From assembly GCA_964016885.1 (NCBI GenBank), contig OZ024747.1:29760001-29824000 (forward strand): a stretch of DNA of 64,000 nt. The letters are read 5' to 3'. The translations under genes were made by a program, and so were the position numbers. This document shows, one piece after another, positions 61,801-64,000 of the stretch (within the stretch, counting starts at the first letter, position 1; every line of letters begins with the position of its first letter). Origin of the DNA: Eledone cirrhosa. Lineage: Eukaryota. The notes beneath the pieces are model-generated. The model was not told the origin of the DNA, made no database searches, and worked only from the letters and a program-made list of their open reading frames with translations.

Positions 61801-64000
61801 GGTACCCCGCTTTTTATTTGGGTGCCCCGTTTTTTTATGGGGGGATCCGTTTTTTATTTGGGTGTCCCGTTTTTTATTTGGGTGCCCCGTTTTTTTCTGG
61901 GGGGGTCCCGTTTTTTATTTGGGTGCCCCGTTTTTTTATGGGGGGGGTCCGTTTTTTATTTGGGTACCCCGTTTTTTATTTGGGTGCCCCGTTTTTTTAT
62001 GGGGGGTCCGTTTTTTATTTGGGTGCCCCGTTTTTTTATGGGGGGGTCCGTTTTTTATTTGGGTGCCCCGTTTTTTTATGGGGGGGTCCGTTTTTTATTT
62101 GGGTGCCCCGTTTTTTTATGGGGGGGGCCGTTTTTTATTTGGGTGCCCCGTTTTTTTATGGGGGGGGTCCGTTTTTTATTTGGGTGCCCCGTTTTTTATT
62201 TGGGTGCCCCGTTTTTTTATGGGGGGGGGTCCGTTTTTTATTTGGCTGCCCCGTTTTTTTATGGGGGGGTCCGTTTTTTATTTGGGTACCCCGTTTTTTA
62301 TTTGGGTGCCCCGTTTTTTTATGTGGGGGGTCCCGTTTTTTATTTGGGTGCCCCGTTTTTTTATGGGGGGGTCCGTTTTTTATTTGGGTACCCCGTTTTT
62401 TATTTGGGTGCCCCGTTTTTTTATGGGGGGGTCCGTTTTTTATTTGGGTGCCCCGTTTTTTTATGGGGGGGTCCGTTTTTTATTTGGGTACCCCGTTTTT
62501 TTATGGGGGGGTCCCGTTTTTTATTTGGGTGCCCCGTTTTTTTATGGGGGGGTCCGTTTTTTATTTGGGTACCCCGTTTTTTTATGGGGGGGTCCCGTTT
62601 TTTATTTGGGTGCCCCGTTTTTTTATGGGGGGGGTCCCGTTTTTTATTTGGGTGTCCGATATTTTTATGGGGGGGTCCGTTTTTTATTTGGGTACCCCGT
62701 TTTTTATTTGGGTGCCCCGTTTTTTTATGGGGGGGTACCGTTTTTTATTTGGGTGCCCCGTTTTTTTTATGGGGGGGTCCGTTTTTTATTTGGGTGCCCC
62801 GTTTTTTATTTGGGTACCCCGTTTTTTATTTGGGTGCCCCGTTTTTTATTTGGGTGCCCCGTTTTTTTATGGGGGGGGCCGTTTTTTATTTGGGTGCCCC
62901 GTTTTTTTATGGGGGGGTCCGTTTTTTATTTGGGTACCCCGTTTTTTATTTGGGTGCCCCGTTTTTTTATGGGGGGGCCGTTTTTTATTTGGGTGTCCCG
63001 TTTTTTTATGGGGGGGGTCCGTTTTTTATTTGGGTGCCCCGTTTTTTATTTGGGTGCCCCGTTTTTTTATGGGGGGGTCCGTTTTTTATTTGGCTGCCCC
63101 GTTTTTTTATGGGGGGGTCCGTTTTTTAATTGGGTACCCCGTTTTTTATTTGGGTGCCCCGTTTTTTATTTGGGTGTCCCGTTTTTTTATGGGGGGGTCC
63201 GTTTTTTATTTGGGTGCCCCGTTTTTTATGGGGGGTCCCGTTTTTTATTTGGGTGCCCCGTTTTTTTATGGGGGGTCCCGTTTTTTATTTGGGTGCCCCG
63301 TTTTTTTATGGGGGGGGTCCGTTTTTTATTTGGGTACCCCGTTTTTTATTTGGGTGCCCCGTTTTTTTATGGGGGGGGTCCGTTTTTTATTTGGGTGCCC
63401 CGTTTTTTTATGGGGGGTCCCGTTTTTTATTTGGGTGCCCCGTTTTTTTATGGGGGGTCCGTTTTTTATTTGGGTGCCCCGTTCTTTTATGGGGGGGTCC
63501 CGTTTTTTATTTGGGTGCCCCGTTTTTTTATGGGGGGGTCCCGTTTTTTATTTGGGTGCCCCGTTTTTTTATGGGGGGGGTCCGTTTTTTATTTGGGTAC
63601 CCCGTTTTTTATTTGGGTGCCCCGTTTTTTTATGGGGGGTCCGTTTTTTATTTGGGTGCTCCGTTTTTTTATGGGGGGGTCCGTTTTTTATTTGGGTGCC
63701 CCGTTTTTTATTTGGGTGCCCCGTTTTTTTATGGGGGGGTCCGTTTTTTATTTGGGTGCCCCGTTTTTTTATGGGGGGGTCCGTTTTTTATTTGGGTGCC
63801 CCGTTTTTTTATGGGGGGGTCCCGTTTTTTATTTGGGTGCCCCGTTTTTTTATGGGGGGGTTCGTTTTTTATTTGGGTACCCCGTTTTTTTATTTGGGTA
63901 CCCCGTTTTTTATTTGGGTGCCCCGTTTTTTTATGGGGGGGGTCCGTTTTTTATTTGGCTGCCCCGTTTTTTTATGGGGGTGTCCGTTTTTTATTTGGGT
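55900..64000. repeat. ~2.7-kb block duplicated at 5389-5390-bp offset (about 55.9-58.6 kb vs 61.3-64.0 kb), with a partial third copy at about 45.96-47.4 kb (offset 11400)
   Basis: GTGTCCGATATTT 57269/62659, TTTTTCTGGG 56508/61897, ACCCCGCTTT 56421/61810, CGTTCTTT 58095/63484; TTTTAATTGGGTACC at ~46335/57735/63125; the lines starting 45961 and 57361 are identical. Confidence 0.86.

Larger units (their letters stand above)
23253..64000. repeat. Satellite B: compound tandem array of ~20-bp monomers B1 TTTTTTATTTGGGT(G/A)CCCCG and B2 TTTTTTTATG6-14TCC(C)G; continues beyond the right edge
   Basis: CCG followed by T6-7 and AT recurs about every 20 bp for 40.7 kb with no unique insert seen. Confidence 0.98.

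Noticed and set aside
23260-63129. Giant + strand ORFs (up to 4208 aa) as protein-coding genes
   Set aside because: They overlap in all three frames and translate a 20-bp (non-triplet) unit with free 1-bp homopolymer indels. Stops appear only at sporadic SNPs, and no domain or codon structure is visible.
1-64000. Whole window as a sequencing or base-calling artefact
   Set aside because: Rare variants and homopolymer lengths recur at consistent kilobase offsets with small private differences, which fits real array evolution. Copy number could still be mis-assembled and needs read-level checks.

Overview
The whole window is non-coding tandem-repeat (satellite) DNA, most likely from a eukaryotic heterochromatic, centromeric or subtelomeric region; the organism cannot be determined from the sequence alone. 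Two different compound satellites abut with no spacer. Satellite A (1-23255, roughly 890 monomers by length/26) has a constant 16-bp head CA(G/A)GGGGAGATAATTT followed by one of two tails: GT-A7-10-T (A1, ~27 bp) or CCAGCCGTC (A2, 25 bp). These form fixed cassettes with ~180/206-bp, ~1.23-kb and ~5.6-5.8-kb higher-order periods. Satellite B (23253-64000+, roughly 2000 monomers by length/20) alternates two ~20-bp monomers, B1 TTTTTTATTTGGGT(G/A)CCCCG and B2 TTTTTTTATG6-14TCC(C)G, under near-strict order rules. It carries nested 0.5-11.4-kb duplications and regional zoning of variants. The A/B junction is base-sharp with a TTT microhomology. I consider all ORFs in the track, including the 2,000-4,200-aa ones, artefacts of stop-free repeat units. 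No gene, RNA gene, transposon or CRISPR array is supported. Coordinates of internal duplications are approximate and were read by eye from rare marker variants.
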